DNA of 63,178 nucleotides, filler included, from Octopus bimaculoides (Eukaryota), in assembly GCF_001194135.2 (NCBI RefSeq). It is 8 parts of 8 records of this genome, joined end to end, with 100 filler letters (N's around TTAATTAATTAA, not from the genome) between each part and the next. Parts side by side here need not be neighbours in the genome. Positions count along the whole stretch, not along the records: positions 8,434 to 11,941 come from NC_068988.1; positions 12,042 to 34,103 come from NC_069003.1; 6 more parts are not named here. One strand, 5' to 3'. The notes beneath the pieces are model-generated. The model was not told the DNA's origin. It saw nothing but the letters and a program-made list of their open reading frames with translations, and searched no databases. Both the position numbers and the translations under genes were made by a program. This document shows, in pieces, positions 11,834 through 24,516 of the stretch (positions are counted from its first letter, which is position 1; each line of letters begins with the position of its first letter).

Positions 11834-12099
11834 AATGAAATATTCAAACACTGAGATTTGAAGTTAGATGTCACTACTGTTCATATCATCTGTGGATAAA
11901 TTCAAAATTTGATGATATCACCAGTAGTAGCATTGGTGGAANNNNNNNNNNNNNNNNNNNNNNNNNNNNNNNNNNNNNNNNNNNNTTAATTAATTAANNN
12001 NNNNNNNNNNNNNNNNNNNNNNNNNNNNNNNNNNNNNNNNNCTCATTTTTATATATATAGATATACATATATTTTTTTTATTTATATTATTATATGATT

Positions 12100-12432
12100 G
12101 AGTGCCACGAATCCATTTTCAAGTAAGTTTATCTGTATAGATCGTTGCCAGTGCCCCTGGACTGGCTCTTGTGCGGGTGGCACATAAAATACACCATTTT
12201 GAGTGTGGCCGTTGCCAGTATCGCCTGACTTGCCTTCATGCCAGTGGCATGTAAAAGCACCCACTACACTCTCGGAGTGGTTGGCATTAGGAAGGGCATC
12301 CAGCTGTAGAAACTCTGCCAAATCAGATTGGAGCCTGGTGTAGCCTTGGATCCCACCAGTCCTCAGTCAAATCGTCCAACCCATGCTAGCATGGAAAGCG
12401 GACGTTAAACGATGATGATGATGATGATGATA
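12100..12432 (+). mobile_element. RTE LINE 3' UTR fragment
   Basis: tggttggcattaggaagggcatccagctgtagaaac...ccaacccatgctagcatggaaagcggacgttaaac(gat)n, same as the tail of the RTE at 20870-22880. Confidence 0.8.
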
Positions 12433-12679
12433 TACACTTTAAATAAACCCTTGATTCAATAACACTGTGTACAAACTCTATACTCAGAATGACCAATTTT
12501 AAAGACTATTGGAGTTTACTCATAAGGTATTGGAATCTTATATGTATACCATTCTGCCTAATTAATGGATTTACAAATTCAATATCCCTACATATCTCAC
12601 AACTATTTTCATTCCTCCAATTCACTCTCTATTTCTTATCTTATCTAAATTAACTATTGCTTAACCATCTTCTCACACC

Positions 12680-12728
12680 GTCTCCGATGAAGGGACATAA
12701 AAAAATATCCTGGAAACAGTTGTAAGAC
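12680..12728 (+). ncRNA. Minimal type I hammerhead ribozyme, core mutated (CCGATGA)
   Basis: Stem I gtct/agac; core ccgatga 12684-12690; stem II agggacat/atatcct; GAAACAGTTGTA (GUA site). Follows an AT-rich PLE-like 3' region at 12440-12680. Confidence 0.65.
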
Positions 12729-13371
12729 CTATTTATAAATGTTCTAAAATCTATACAGCCTTGGTTTTTTATCTCATTACGAAAAGTAATTCTATATATA
12801 TATATATATATATGTATACACACACACAAAGTTATATATGTAATTACATGTATACAGATACATATATGTCTATATGTGTCTGTGATTGTATGAATAAACC
12901 ATTATTTATGGGAAGACCCAATAGTTTTGTATTTATTCATATAAGGCTATGCATATGCATTTGTGTTTTATGTTAATAAGTTCTGCTTTTGTGCATGTTC
13001 ATGTTTTTGTGATGTAGGGCTGTATACATTACATTATGTATTTTTACTATGAGGTGTATACATGCACGTATGTCAATGTTTGCATGTATTTAAATTTGCA
13101 TTTGTCTATTTATATATGACGGACTCTCCTGTCAAAGATGACGTATGAGCATTCAGCTTTTGCCAAACGACCTGCACAAATAGTTTGTTTATAAAATCTT
13201 CGTTGTCTGAACAGGTGCACGGTATACCAAACATTAGGGGTTGAAGTGATCACAATACACCACCTGCTCTAGGAGTTGAAATCACAATCACTAGGATGTG
13301 AGTGCAACAACCTAACCACCAGGACATGCGTACTCACCTGAGTGTATATGTGTGTGTGTGTGTGTGTCTAA

Positions 13372-13416
<45 letters not shown>

Positions 13417-13643
13417 TATATATACATACATATACATATACATGTGTATATATATGTATGTAGTATATATATATATATATATATAAATATATAAATTCAA
13501 AAAGGGATAAAACTCTTTTACAGGAATTTTATCAAGAAGCCAGTGTGTAAAAAAATTTGTAAGGGAAATTTCTATTCCCAAGAATATAATTATTCGTTTA
13601 TATTTATATAAAGGGCATTATTACAGAAAAATAACAACGCCAC

Positions 13644-13679
<36 letters not shown>

Positions 13680-13682
<3 letters not shown>

Positions 13683-14108
13683 CGACTGGCACCCATGCCA
13701 ACATCGTCTCCTTCATTGGACATGAAACTCGGCTTGTGAAGACCTGTTGGGGCAAACGAAAGCGAAATCGTGATGGCACTTGTGCAGGATGGCATGTATA
13801 AAGACATTCGAGCAAGATCATCACCAGTGCCGCTGAACTGGCTCCTGTGCAGGTGGCACGTAAAATGCACCATTTTGAGCGTGGCCGTTGCCAGTAGCGC
13901 CTGACTGGCCTTCATGCCGGTGGCATGTAAAAGCACCCACTACACTCTCAGAGTGGTTGGCGTTAGGAAGGGCATCCAGCTGTAGAAACTCTGCCAAATC
14001 AGATTGGAGCCTGGTGTAGCCACCTGGTTTCACCAGTCCTCAGTCAAATCGTCCAACCCATGCTAGCATGGAAAGTGGACATTAAACGACGACGACGACG
14101 ATGATGAT
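13680..14108 (+). mobile_element. RTE LINE 3' UTR fragment
   Basis: Same tail as 12100 and 22260-22880, with two minisatellite units and a (gac/gat)n end. Confidence 0.85.
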
Positions 14109-14534
14109 ATATATATATGTATGCATGTATGTATATATGTATATGTACATGCAATATTCTGGATCAGAAAGGGCCTGTGAGTAAGGGTAATTAAGGGTTG
14201 ACTCCATTCTCCCCACAACTTCAGAAGCAGAGCCTCACCGTCAGATGCAGTTTAACCTTATACCCAGAACAGTTCCTGCCAGGGTCTCACCCACTTTGGT
14301 TAAATAGATTTCCAAAACCTTGAGAGTTGACTTGGTAGATGGAGACTGAAAGAAGCCCATTGTGTAAGTGTGTGTGATGAAGGCAAGCAAGCCAAAACTT
14401 CAAAGTCACTGACACTCTTCTTGTTGAAGTTTAATAAACATGTACTCTACTAAAAAGTTTTGAGTTATCCTTCAGTTTAATGTTAAATTGGTTTTATATT
14501 TAACTTAATATGAAAGCAAACAATATATATATTA

Positions 14535-14680
14535 GGTGGGGCATGGGGAAATCATTACCCTGCCTGAAGATAACTGGGGGTTAACAACAATAAGGGCATC
14601 TGGCCATATGAAACTTTGCCCCAATGTATTCTCAAGTGACCCATCAAGCATAGAAAGGTAGCCATTAAAACAATGATTAG
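14535..14680 (+). repeat. About 140 bp interspersed repeat, second copy at about 15598-15740
   Basis: actgggggtt(a/g)acaaca(a/g)taagg(g/a)catct(g/a)gccatatgaaact...agaaaggtag..at.aaaacaatgat is present in both. Confidence 0.6.
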
Positions 14681-15182
14681 ACTGTGTGACCCGGTTTTTG
14701 TCCCTGGGTAGCAACTGTTATTTCCTGTTTGCTTATCCCTAGAAAGTATGAAACATGGCTAATATTTCCTTAAAACTTTACTTTTGTTACGCTTATTGAA
14801 ACCCCAAAGAATCCCTCTCAACACATGGTTATGATGCTTCTTCACTACTTTTGCTCATCAGCAGAGATACACATATTGTCAGCCACTAAGGGACATGCTC
14901 AACTGGTTACGGTCAAGCAAGTGACAAGCAAATCTGTGGCATTGAGCAGAATATTTGTTATAATGATATTTCTGCTTCAGCAACTCAGCACTGAATCTGT
15001 GTGAAATGTTATGGAAAAATAGGTCAGTTCTAAAACATTGATGTCCAGGTGACAAAAGCAAAGTTTGAAGAGAATAGTAGCTATTTCCTTCAATTTCTAA
15101 ATAGAAGCAAAAGGAGGAAATAACACTTACTGGCTAAAGACAAAAATATATATAAATTTTTTTTTTACACCTAACTCTGTTA

Positions 15183-15556
15183 TATCCATCCGGATTCCAC
15201 TGTAAAGCACTTTTCGCTACATTTGGTGTGTCTTTTCTAATTGTGCTACCAATCCACTTCCACTTTTTCTTAAATATTTGCTCCCTAATCAAAACTTGAT
15301 TTGTTTTTTGCCATAGTTCTGTATTGCTTATGTGTTCGGGCCATCTAATTTAAGTATGCTGCGGAATCCGGATGGATATAGAAAGAAGGACAGGCCTAAG
15401 AACTCGTGGCGTAGATCAACACAAAAGGAACTAGAGAAAGGGGAACATTCATGGCAGAGTATAAGTACAGAAGCAAAAAATTATGCGACATGGAATTCAA
15501 TTCTAAGTGGCCTATACTCCGTGTTGGAGGGTTAAAGGCAAGAAAGAAGAAGAAAA
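15183..15556. mobile_element. Short RTE LINE insertion with inverted 5' half and 10 bp TSD
   Basis: Minus 15351-15183: IRWPEHISNTELWQKTNQ...KKWKWIGSTIRKDTPNVAKSALQWNPDGY. Plus 15358-15535: RNPDGYRKKDRPKNSWRR...SGLYSVLEG*, then (gaa)n. Flanked by aactctgtta at 15173-15182 and 15557-15566. Confidence 0.8.
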
Positions 15557-16193
15557 AACTCTGTTAATCTATCAAAATATTGATTTCTGTCAATAACATG
15601 GCAAGTGTGGGGAGATCGTTACCTCACATGGAGACAACTGGGGGTTGACAACAGTAAGGACATCTAGCCATATGAAACTCTGCCCTGACATACTCCCACG
15701 GGATCCCTCAAACAGAAAGGTAGGCATCAAAACAATGATATTATGTTAACTTGTTACTGGAACCGTTAGAGTACTGATACCTATTACTTCTATTGCTTAT
15801 TATGTTTTTTTTTTATATTTAACTCTGTTAATCTATTAAGATATTGATTTGTGTCAATAAATATTCTTCTCCAACATTTTCTTTCTTTTGTTTATATTCT
15901 GCTTTCTCTCTACTTCAATCCTCAATATTTTTATTCCATTCTTTGATCTCATTCTCTTATCTCAGTGATTTTTGTTTTTATTTTATTTTGTTTTTTTATG
16001 TATCATGACATTAATGGTTTTTTATTAATTCTCCCGTTATTCTGTGGCTGCTTCGCTACAGTTTTCTTATCTAAATTTAATGCAAATTTCCCAACTGAAT
16101 TTCTGCACTGCATAAAAGTTTTCACACTGTTTGTTCTGTATTAATATAGTCAATGTTTTTGTCAACCCTTGGTGGTTAATAGAGAAAATAATA

Positions 16194-16240
<47 letters not shown>

Positions 16241-16274
16241 CCTTTCAACAACAACAGTAATAAAAATAATAATA

Positions 16275-16471
16275 GACGCAAGGCATGAGTTTTGGGGGAG
16301 GGGATAGTTGATTACATCGACCCCAGTATGTAACTGGTACTTATTTCCATGACCCCAAAAGGATGAAAGGTAAAGTTGACCTCACCAGAATTTGAAGTGA
16401 GAGTATAAAGACAGACGAAATGCCGCTAATCATTTTGTCCAGTGTGCTAACGATTCTGCCAGCTCACCACC

Positions 16472-16505
<34 letters not shown>

Positions 16506-16718
16506 TCTTTTCTACTAAAGGCACAAGGCCTGAAATTTGGTAGGAGGGGACTAGACAATTACATTGACCCCAGTGTATCACTAGTACCTAATTTATTGAC
16601 CCTGAAAGGCTGAAAGGCAAAGTCAACCTTGACAGAATCTGAACTCAGAACATTGCAATGGGCGAAATACCATTAAGCACTTCATCCAGCACGCTAATGA
16701 TCCTGCCAGCACACCACC

Positions 16719-16766
<48 letters not shown>

Positions 16767-17280
16767 GTATTTCGTCTGTCAGTACGTTCTGAGTTCAAAT
16801 TCCACCAAGGTCGAATTTGCCTTTCATCTGTTTGTGGTCGATAAATTAAGCACCTGTTGAGTACTGGGGTCGATGTGATCGATTGTCCCCCTCCCCACAA
16901 AACTCCAGGCCTTGTGCCTATAAGAGAAAGGATTATTATCATTATCCTTTCAGGGTCGATAAAATAAGTACCAGTCATGTACTGAGGTTGATGTAATTGA
17001 CTATACCCCTCCCCTAAATTTCAGGCCTTCAGTAGAAGGGATTATTATTATTATTATTATTAGGGTGGTGAGTTGGCAGAATCATTTACACATCAGACAA
17101 AGTGTTTAGTGGCATTTCTTCCAGCTTTACATTCCAAGTTCAAATGCCACCAAGGTCATCTTTGCTGTTCATCCTTTTTGGGTGGTTATAAGTATCAGTC
17201 AAGTACTGTGGCCAATGTAATCAACTTGCCCCCTCCCCTCGAACTTACTGGCTATGTGCCAAAATTTGAAAGAATTATTA
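16275..17280. mobile_element. Cluster of five SINE family B copies (two minus, three plus) separated by (AAT)n
   Basis: Shared ggtgagctggcagaa..gttctgagttcaaat..gcctttcatc..gggtcgataaa..tactggggtcgat..aggccttgtgcct body. Minus copies 16275-16473 and 16505-16720; plus copies about 16765-16930, 16950-17050 and 17063-17280. Confidence 0.8.
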
Positions 17281-17555
17281 TCATCATTTTTGATATAGTG
17301 GCAGACAGTTGTGAGGTAGAAATGGTGAACCAAATGTTTTAGTAACGTGATTTTCAACCCTTCACTCTCTCATTTACCCCTCATTTTTGTATATTTTAAA
17401 ATAAACCCGTTATTCCCATAACCTGATCCTCTGTCTCCAAAAAAGGAATATCTCACTGGCATTGGGAGCCAGAAGGAACAAAATAATAATAATACCAACA
17501 AAACTTTATTATTAATGTTTTGGATTACAGAATTCTGAATATAATAGTTTTTAAT

Positions 17556-17900
17556 CATCATCATTATCGTCGTCGTCGTTGTTTGATGTCCATTTTCCAT
17601 GCTGGCATGGGTTGGACATTTAACAGGAGCTGGCAAGGGTCCACTTGTCTGTTTTGGCATGATTTCTACAGCTGGATGTCCTTCCTAATTCCAACTACTT
17701 TACAGAGTGTACTGGGTGTTTTTACATGACAATGACATGGGCACTTTTGTGTGGCACCGGCTTGGGTGCTTTTTACATGGTGCCAGCAACTGTGAGCCTG
17801 CAACGCTAGGATCACTCAGCTCCAATTTTACTTAGCTTGACACGTCTTCTCAAGCACAGAAAACCATCAGAAGTCTCAATCCTTTGTAATTTCTTCTGTA
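17556..17900 (-). mobile_element. RTE LINE 3' UTR fragment
   Basis: Reverse complement of the RTE tail (ttccatgctggcatgggttggac...ctacagctggatgtccttcctaa). Confidence 0.75.
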
Positions 17901-18446
17901 AGGTAAAATATTCTGACCCACCCACAAACACAAAAACTGACAGCTGATTGAGAACTACAGCCTTAAAGCATTTGGTTTCAGTCCTGAACAATGCTTTAAA
18001 TCATGGGGACATGTATACTTGAGTCAGATGAGGCAACAGAACACTTCCATAATTATTGGTTATGAACCAACGTACCTAGAGGAATATATTCTTTTATTCT
18101 TTCATTCTTTTTTTTCGTCTCAGTCATTTGATTGTGGCCATGCAGGAGCACTACTTTCAAATGTTTTAGTCAAAGAAATCTACTTCAGGACTTATTTTCT
18201 TAAACCTAGTACTTATTCTATCAGTCTCTTTTGCCAAACCGCTAAGTTACAGGGACATAAACACACACACCAACAATGGTTGTCAAGCGGTGGTGGGGGG
18301 ACAAACACATACACAAGCACACACACAAACACGCACGCGCGCACACACGCATGTATATATATCATTTGTAAAAACATAAATCCAAAAGAAGAAGTACACT
18401 CTAAGACGTAGAACAGTATATATTAAAACTGGAGAAGGCTGGTTAT

Positions 18447-18606
18447 GGGATAACCTTAGGCTTCCCGTTCATAAAGGATTTAGCTTTATGGTGTGAGCCC
18501 ACAAGATCTTTTCTACTGATATGATCAATGGTGCCTTGTTGTAACATTTTGTTGGCTTACGCCATAAAGCTAAACCCTTTATGGATGGGAAACCTAAGGT
18601 AATCCC
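18447..18606. repeat. Inverted repeat, about 56 bp arms
   Basis: gggataaccttaggcttcccgttcataaaggatttagctttatggtgtgagcc vs the reverse complement of 18552-18606. Confidence 0.8.
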
Positions 18607-18611
18607 CACCA

Positions 18612-18640
<29 letters not shown>

Positions 18641-18644
<4 letters not shown>

Positions 18645-18792
18645 ATTGTTGAAGAGGATAACAAACATTTAAGGCAAGGCAAACATCTCAAGTCTTATTA
18701 TTGGAAAGAAAATTTTTTTCCAATAATAATATTGTATATGACTTGAGATGTTTGCCTTGCCTTAATGTTTGTTGTCTTCTTTAACAATTATA
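18641..18792. repeat. Inverted repeat, about 53 bp arms plus inner hairpin
   Basis: tataattgttgaagagg...aaggcaaggcaaacatctcaagtc vs gacttgagatgtttgccttgccttaatg...aacaattata. Inner tattattggaaa/tttccaataata. Confidence 0.85.
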
Positions 18793-20004
18793 TACCTGCT
18801 GCATCGGAGATCTGCAATGGCTCCATAACTACCATCTCGGCTATAACCTTGAAGCCCTGGTAATCCGTTACAGCACTTACCTAGTGTACTTAATTGTTTA
18901 GATCACCTGTGAACTAAACCCCATACTTTGAGTATATATATACACACACACACACACACGCATGCACGCACACACACACACACACATATATACGCATATT
19001 TACAATGGACTTCTTTCAGTTTCCATCTACAAAATTCACTCATTCAGCCCAAAGCTATAGTAGAAAACACCTGCCCAAAGTGGCATGCAGTGGGACTGAA
19101 CCCCAAACTATGTGGTTGGGAAGTAAGCTTCTTACCACACAGCCATGCCTGTGCCTATGTGCATATACATGTAGTGGTTGTTGTTGTTCTTTTGTTGTTG
19201 TTATTGTTGTTGCACTTCCTCTGTTCTATTGATATGATCAATGGTATCTTGTTGTAACATCTACCAACATGAAAGTTTCATTTACATATCTGGTTTTGCA
19301 TACTGTGAAATGTGGGTGTGCATATATATCCGCAGCATCATATTTTACACCATCATCATCATTTAACATCTGCTACTGATGATGATGATATAAAATATGA
19401 TTCTGCTTTGTGTGTGTGCTTGTTTATATTATCTTATATATAATTATGTGTGTGTGTGTGCATGTGTGCATGTGTGTGTGTAATCATATATATATAATTT
19501 TTTTCTGTATAATTATATATATCTAATTACACACATATACACATATCTTTACACACAAATAAACATACACACACACACACACACATATATATACACACAT
19601 ATACTTACATCCATATATAAAAACCTACTTATGTTGGCAGAGTCATTAGAATGTCAGACAGAATACTTCATGGTATTCAGTCCAAATCTACGTTCTGAGT
19701 TCAAATCTCACCAAGGCCTACTTGGCTGTTAGACTTGAAACCATTATGTGGTTTCACACCACCACCTATCTCCGTTAACCCTTTTGATATCAACTGGGCC
19801 AAGACTACCTCTAGTTCTATGACACAAACTTTATGTTTTAAAGTGAAGTAAACTAAAAACTTCCTTCAAAATTTTATGTTAGTTTATATTCCAAACACCA
19901 GCTTAATGATAACAAAACTATTTAATTAAATTCTTAATTAGTTTTCAAATTAATTGCAATAAAGCCAGAATATCTCAACAGAAATATGGTAACTATCAGG
20001 TCAT

Positions 20005-20235
20005 CCCATAAGTTCTGTCTGATATTACCTTTTTTAAAAGCATTTTAGAATGTCTAATGGAATTAAAAATTATTTTTATGCATTTGTGTACATTTAAACT
20101 AATTAAATATTATTTTACAGAATAATAGAATTAAAATTTCTTTGATTAAAACCCTTTCTAACATGGAAGTATCCAAAGAGCATTTGAGGCACGTAATGCT
20201 TTATGAGTACAAGAAAGGAAATTCTGCAGTCAAAA
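20005..20235 (+). mobile_element. mariner 5' fragment
   Basis: MEVSKEHLRHVMLYEYKKGNSA matches mariner N-termini. TIR-like aggtcatcccataagttctgtc upstream. Confidence 0.6.
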
Positions 20236-20869
20236 TTCTGTGCCTAAATATGTCTGTATATATGTATATATACGTATGTGAGTGTATGTGTATNNNNNNN
20301 NNNNNNNNNNNNNNNNNNNNNNNNNNNNNNNNNNNAAGCCTAACTGTGTTTATTGCCATTACTATCTCATATCAGCTAGTCTTGGATTTCTCTTAGAACC
20401 ATTCTTGATGCCATGGACCTAATCCTGGATGAAGAGTTTAAAGTTTAAGTTCAAATTCATTTGAACACTAACATGTGCTTTCTATACTGAGCAAATCTAG
20501 CGCTCACCTAAGAAGTCTGGTGCAGGCTACAGCCTGGCCAGCCCTTGTGGTACCGTCTCACCCATGCTAACATGGAATACAGACATTAAATGATGATGAT
20601 GATGATGAACAAACAATTCAAGAAATGAAAAATACAAGCGAAAAATACGAATGTGAAGATGTGCACAAGAATGATATTAGTTTGATGCTCATTGAGGGGA
20701 GAGAGTTTTTAATGTCTTGAGCAAGGCTCTTCATTGGAAAGGAGAAAGGGAAAAGTCCAAAGAAGAAGGAAAATCGCCAATGGCCCATATGTGGTTTTTG
20801 TCAACCAAATCCACTCAAGGCTTTGGTTGATCCAAAGCTATTGCAGAAGACTCTTGTACAGATTGTCAC

Positions 20870-22880
20870 ACCATGAGACAAAATCTGAAACTATGGCGTT
20901 GGAAAGTCCCCTCTCAACCTAAGGTGACATGGTGGTGGGACAATGTAATTGACAGGGACATTAGGGAAAAGAAACAGGCATGGAAGGACTGGAAGTGTGA
21001 TGGTAGCAGGGAACTGTATCAGATAGCCAGAGGGAAAGCAGATAAGAAGGAATTTGCCAATATTCTGCGTCATGAGGACCAGAAACTTGAAGTATTTCAT
21101 ATTGCAAGACATTGTGTGAGAGAGAAGCATGATGTCATAGGATAGAAATGTGTCTGCATGGATGATGGCTTACTTGCATTTAATGAGGCTGCAAAGAGAG
21201 AGACTTGGAAATGCCACTATGAAAGGTTGCTAAATAGAGAGAATAAATGGGAGAAAGAGCGCCTGCCAAATGCCGACCCAACAGCAGGACCAGCTATCCA
21301 AATTCACAGTACCTTGGTAAAGAAAGCAGGTAAGGGTATGAAGACAGGGAAAGTTCCTGGCTCATCAGGAATCGCTGCTGACATGCTTAAAATATTTGGC
21401 AGTGTAGGCTATAGTCTAGTCACTCATATAGTTAACTAGGTGATGCACGAAAGACTCACCCAATGACTGGTGTACTAGCACCATAGTCAACTGGTGCAAA
21501 GGGAAATGAGATGCCTTTGATAGAAATAATTATAAAGGTATCAAATTGTTGGATCAGGGGATGAAAGTTACGGAGAGGATCATAGCCCAACTAATTAGGG
21601 AGATGAGATGCAGTTTGCATTTGTGCCAGAGAGAAGCACCACTGATGCTATATTTCTGGTAAGAAAGCTGCAGGAGAAATTCCTAGCCTAACATAAACCT
21701 CTGTACTTGGCTTTTGCTGACATGGAAAAAACCTTTGACAGGGTCCCCCAATTCCTTATCTGGTGGTCAATGCAGAAACTAGGGATAGAGGAGTGGTTGG
21801 TACAAGCCATGTACAGGGCTGAACAAGCCATGTACAAGAATGCTACCAGGAAAGGTAGACTGTATGATGCCTGTGGGCAAACAGCTATGCTACACGGCAG
21901 TGAAACATGAGCTGTGACTGGTGAGGACATGTGTAAGCTTGAAAGAAATGAAACTAGTATGCTCTGCTGAATGTGTAATGTCAGTGAGCATACACAACAG
22001 AGAGTAAGCGCCCTGAGAGAAAAGTTGGACATAAGAAGCCACCAGTCATGGTGTGCAAGTGAGATAACTGCATTGGTATGGTCATGTGTTGTGTATGGAT
22101 GAGGACAGCTTTGTGAAGAAATATCACACACTAACAGTGGAGGAAACCTGTGGAAGAAGTAGACGCAAGAAGACATGGGATGAGGTGGTAAAGCATGACC
22201 TTTGAACACTGGGCTTCACAGAAGCAATGACAAGTGACCGAGACCTTTGGAGATATGCCATGCTTGAGAAGATCCGGCAAGCCAAATGACATTGTAGTCT
22301 TGACTGATACCAGTGTCGCATAACTGGCCCATTTGAAAGCACCTTTCAATTGTTGGATGATATGCCATGCTTGTGAAGACCTGTTGAACTGAGTGAAGTC
22401 ATAGTCATGGCTGATGCCAGTGGTACCCATGCCGACAGCATATAAAATGCACCATTCGAGTGTGGCCAATGCCAGTGCCACCTGACTGGGTCATAAAAAG
22501 CATCTTTCAAGTGTGGCCGATGCCAGTGCTGCCTGACTGGCACCTGTGCCAGTGACATGTAGAAAGCACCATTGGAGTGTAGGCAATGGCAGTGCCGCCT
22601 GACTGGCACCCATGCCAGTGGCACATAAAAAGCACCATTCAGGCATAGCTGATGCTTGTGCTGCTCAACTAGCTCCCATGCCGGTGGCACGTAAAAAGCA
22701 ATCACTACACTCTCAGAGTGGTAAGTATTAGGAAGGGCGTCCAGTTGTAGAAACCTTACTAAATCAGATTGGAGCCTGGTACAGCCTCCCCCCAGCTAGC
22801 CAGTTCTCAGTCAAACCGTCCAACCCATGCCAGCATGGAAAGCGGACATTAAATGATGATGACAACAATGATGAAGATGA
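20870..22880 (+). mobile_element. 5'-truncated RTE-clade LINE with internal deletion of the RT core and complete 3' UTR
   Basis: PKVTWWWD...HYERLLN...MKTGKVPGSSGI...STTDAIFLVRKLQEK...LAFADMEKTFDRVP jumps at about 21845 to LYDACGQTAMLHGSET (YADD region missing). Ends GRSRRKKTWDEVVKHD, then a minisatellite-bearing UTR and (gat)n tail. Confidence 0.9.
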
Positions 22881-22947
22881 TGTTATATACACACATATAA
22901 AGAAAATGAGATGACAAAGCAAAAAACAATTATCTTATGAACGTCAT

Positions 22948-23030
22948 TAGTTTACAGCTGTTTCTGCTATGAGATACAGTGGACTGGTAGTTGAGTGCCT
23001 GAGTAACACCTTATAGCTTCATCAGAGCCT
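22948..23030 (-). ncRNA. Type I hammerhead-like motif with extended stem II
   Basis: Minus: CTGATGA (23025-23019), stem II gctataag/ctcatagc around about 45 nt, GAAACAGCTGTA (22964-22953). Stem I is poorly paired. Confidence 0.55.
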
Positions 23031-23838
23031 TGAATATAAAGCACAATTCATTTGGGAAAAGAATTACGTTTATTCATATATATATATATATATAGGGAAA
23101 AGTATTATCAATGAGAAAGTCAATACAGATGTTTATAAAGAAGCATAGATCCATGTTTAAATACACACACACACTAATGTACATGTATGTGTGTGTGTAT
23201 GTGGGTGTGTTTATGAGTGTGCGCACATGTTATGTGCATGTATGGATGTGGAATGAAGAAAGATTGCCACATCAAAGACAAAAAATATATGGCAACACTA
23301 AGTTCAATGCAAGGTATCTCCCTTTACACCAAGGTGAATATGTTCTTTCATCCTTTACAAGATAAAATAAGTACCAAGATATTGGGGTTAACATGACTAA
23401 CTAAAACCCTTCACGATGGTGCCCCAGCTCTGACTGAAACCCATAAATGAATAAACGAATATTTGTCATTTTATTATTGTTTTTTTTCTTTATTCTTTTC
23501 CTCCTCTTCCAGACCAGACACAAAATTAGTTTGATTACAGTATTTGTCTCAAATAATGGCCGATGAACATGATATAAGAGACAAATGTTTTTTTTTTTCT
23601 GTTTAACCATTTGTTGCCAGAAGTATGTTCCAATTCTCTTTGGTTTTTGCTNNNNNNNNNNNNNNNNNNNNNNNNNNNNNNNNNNNNNNNNNNNNNNNNN
23701 NNNNNNNNNNNNNNNNNNNNNNNNNNNNNNNNNNNNNNNNNNNNNNNNNNNNNNNNNNNNNNNNNNNNNNNNNNNNNNNNNNNNNNNNNNNNNNNNNNNN
23801 NNNNNNNNNNNNNNNNNNNNNNNNNNNNNNNNNNNNNN

Positions 23839-23888
<50 letters not shown>

Positions 23889-24096
23889 GTGTGTGTATAT
23901 ATATGTATTCATTTCATCTAGTTGTTATGTTATAATTTCCTGAGCTATCAATTTGCCTTAGCTTGCTAAATTTTGATGTACGTAAAATCTATCTGACATT
24001 TCTCTTTCGACTTAATTTGTTTGTTTGTTTTAAACATTTTAGCTTTGACTCGACTCAAAACGCTCTCAAATTTAGTGTCATTACACTGTTTCTTTC

Positions 24097-24133
<37 letters not shown>

Positions 24134-24516
24134 GCAAACGTATATGTATGTATGTGTGACACAAATGTCTTTCCGTCCTGTCTATCTTTCCCAGTTTTCA
24201 AATATCATGGTGACAAAATATATATATGCGTGCAACTATGTAAAAACAGGGAAAGAAAAGAAACAAGTAAGAAAAGCAAGCCTAGTGGGCTAGAAATGTG
24301 TCAAAAAATAAACATTAATATGACATGAATGACAGAAAAATGTTAAAATCATTGAAGTTTTGTTTTTAAGGATAATAAAAAAGAATGATTGAAATAATAA
24401 TAAAAAAAAAGAATTTAAATGAACAAAAAATATAATAAAAATTGAATAACTTGGTAATTTTTGCTAAAATATTTATAAATGAATAAAAAAGTGAAGGAGT
24501 AAAAAAGAATTCAATA

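Larger units (their letters stand above)
18110..19165 (-). mobile_element. SINE family A split by inserted foldback sequence
   Basis: Tail at 18110-18345 and head at 18995-19165, both minus. Hairpin-containing sequence lies between them. Confidence 0.6.

Noticed and set aside
19775-19990. TTAA|CCCTTT start suggesting a piggyBac-type MITE
   Set aside because: The matching AAAGGG|TTAA end was not found.
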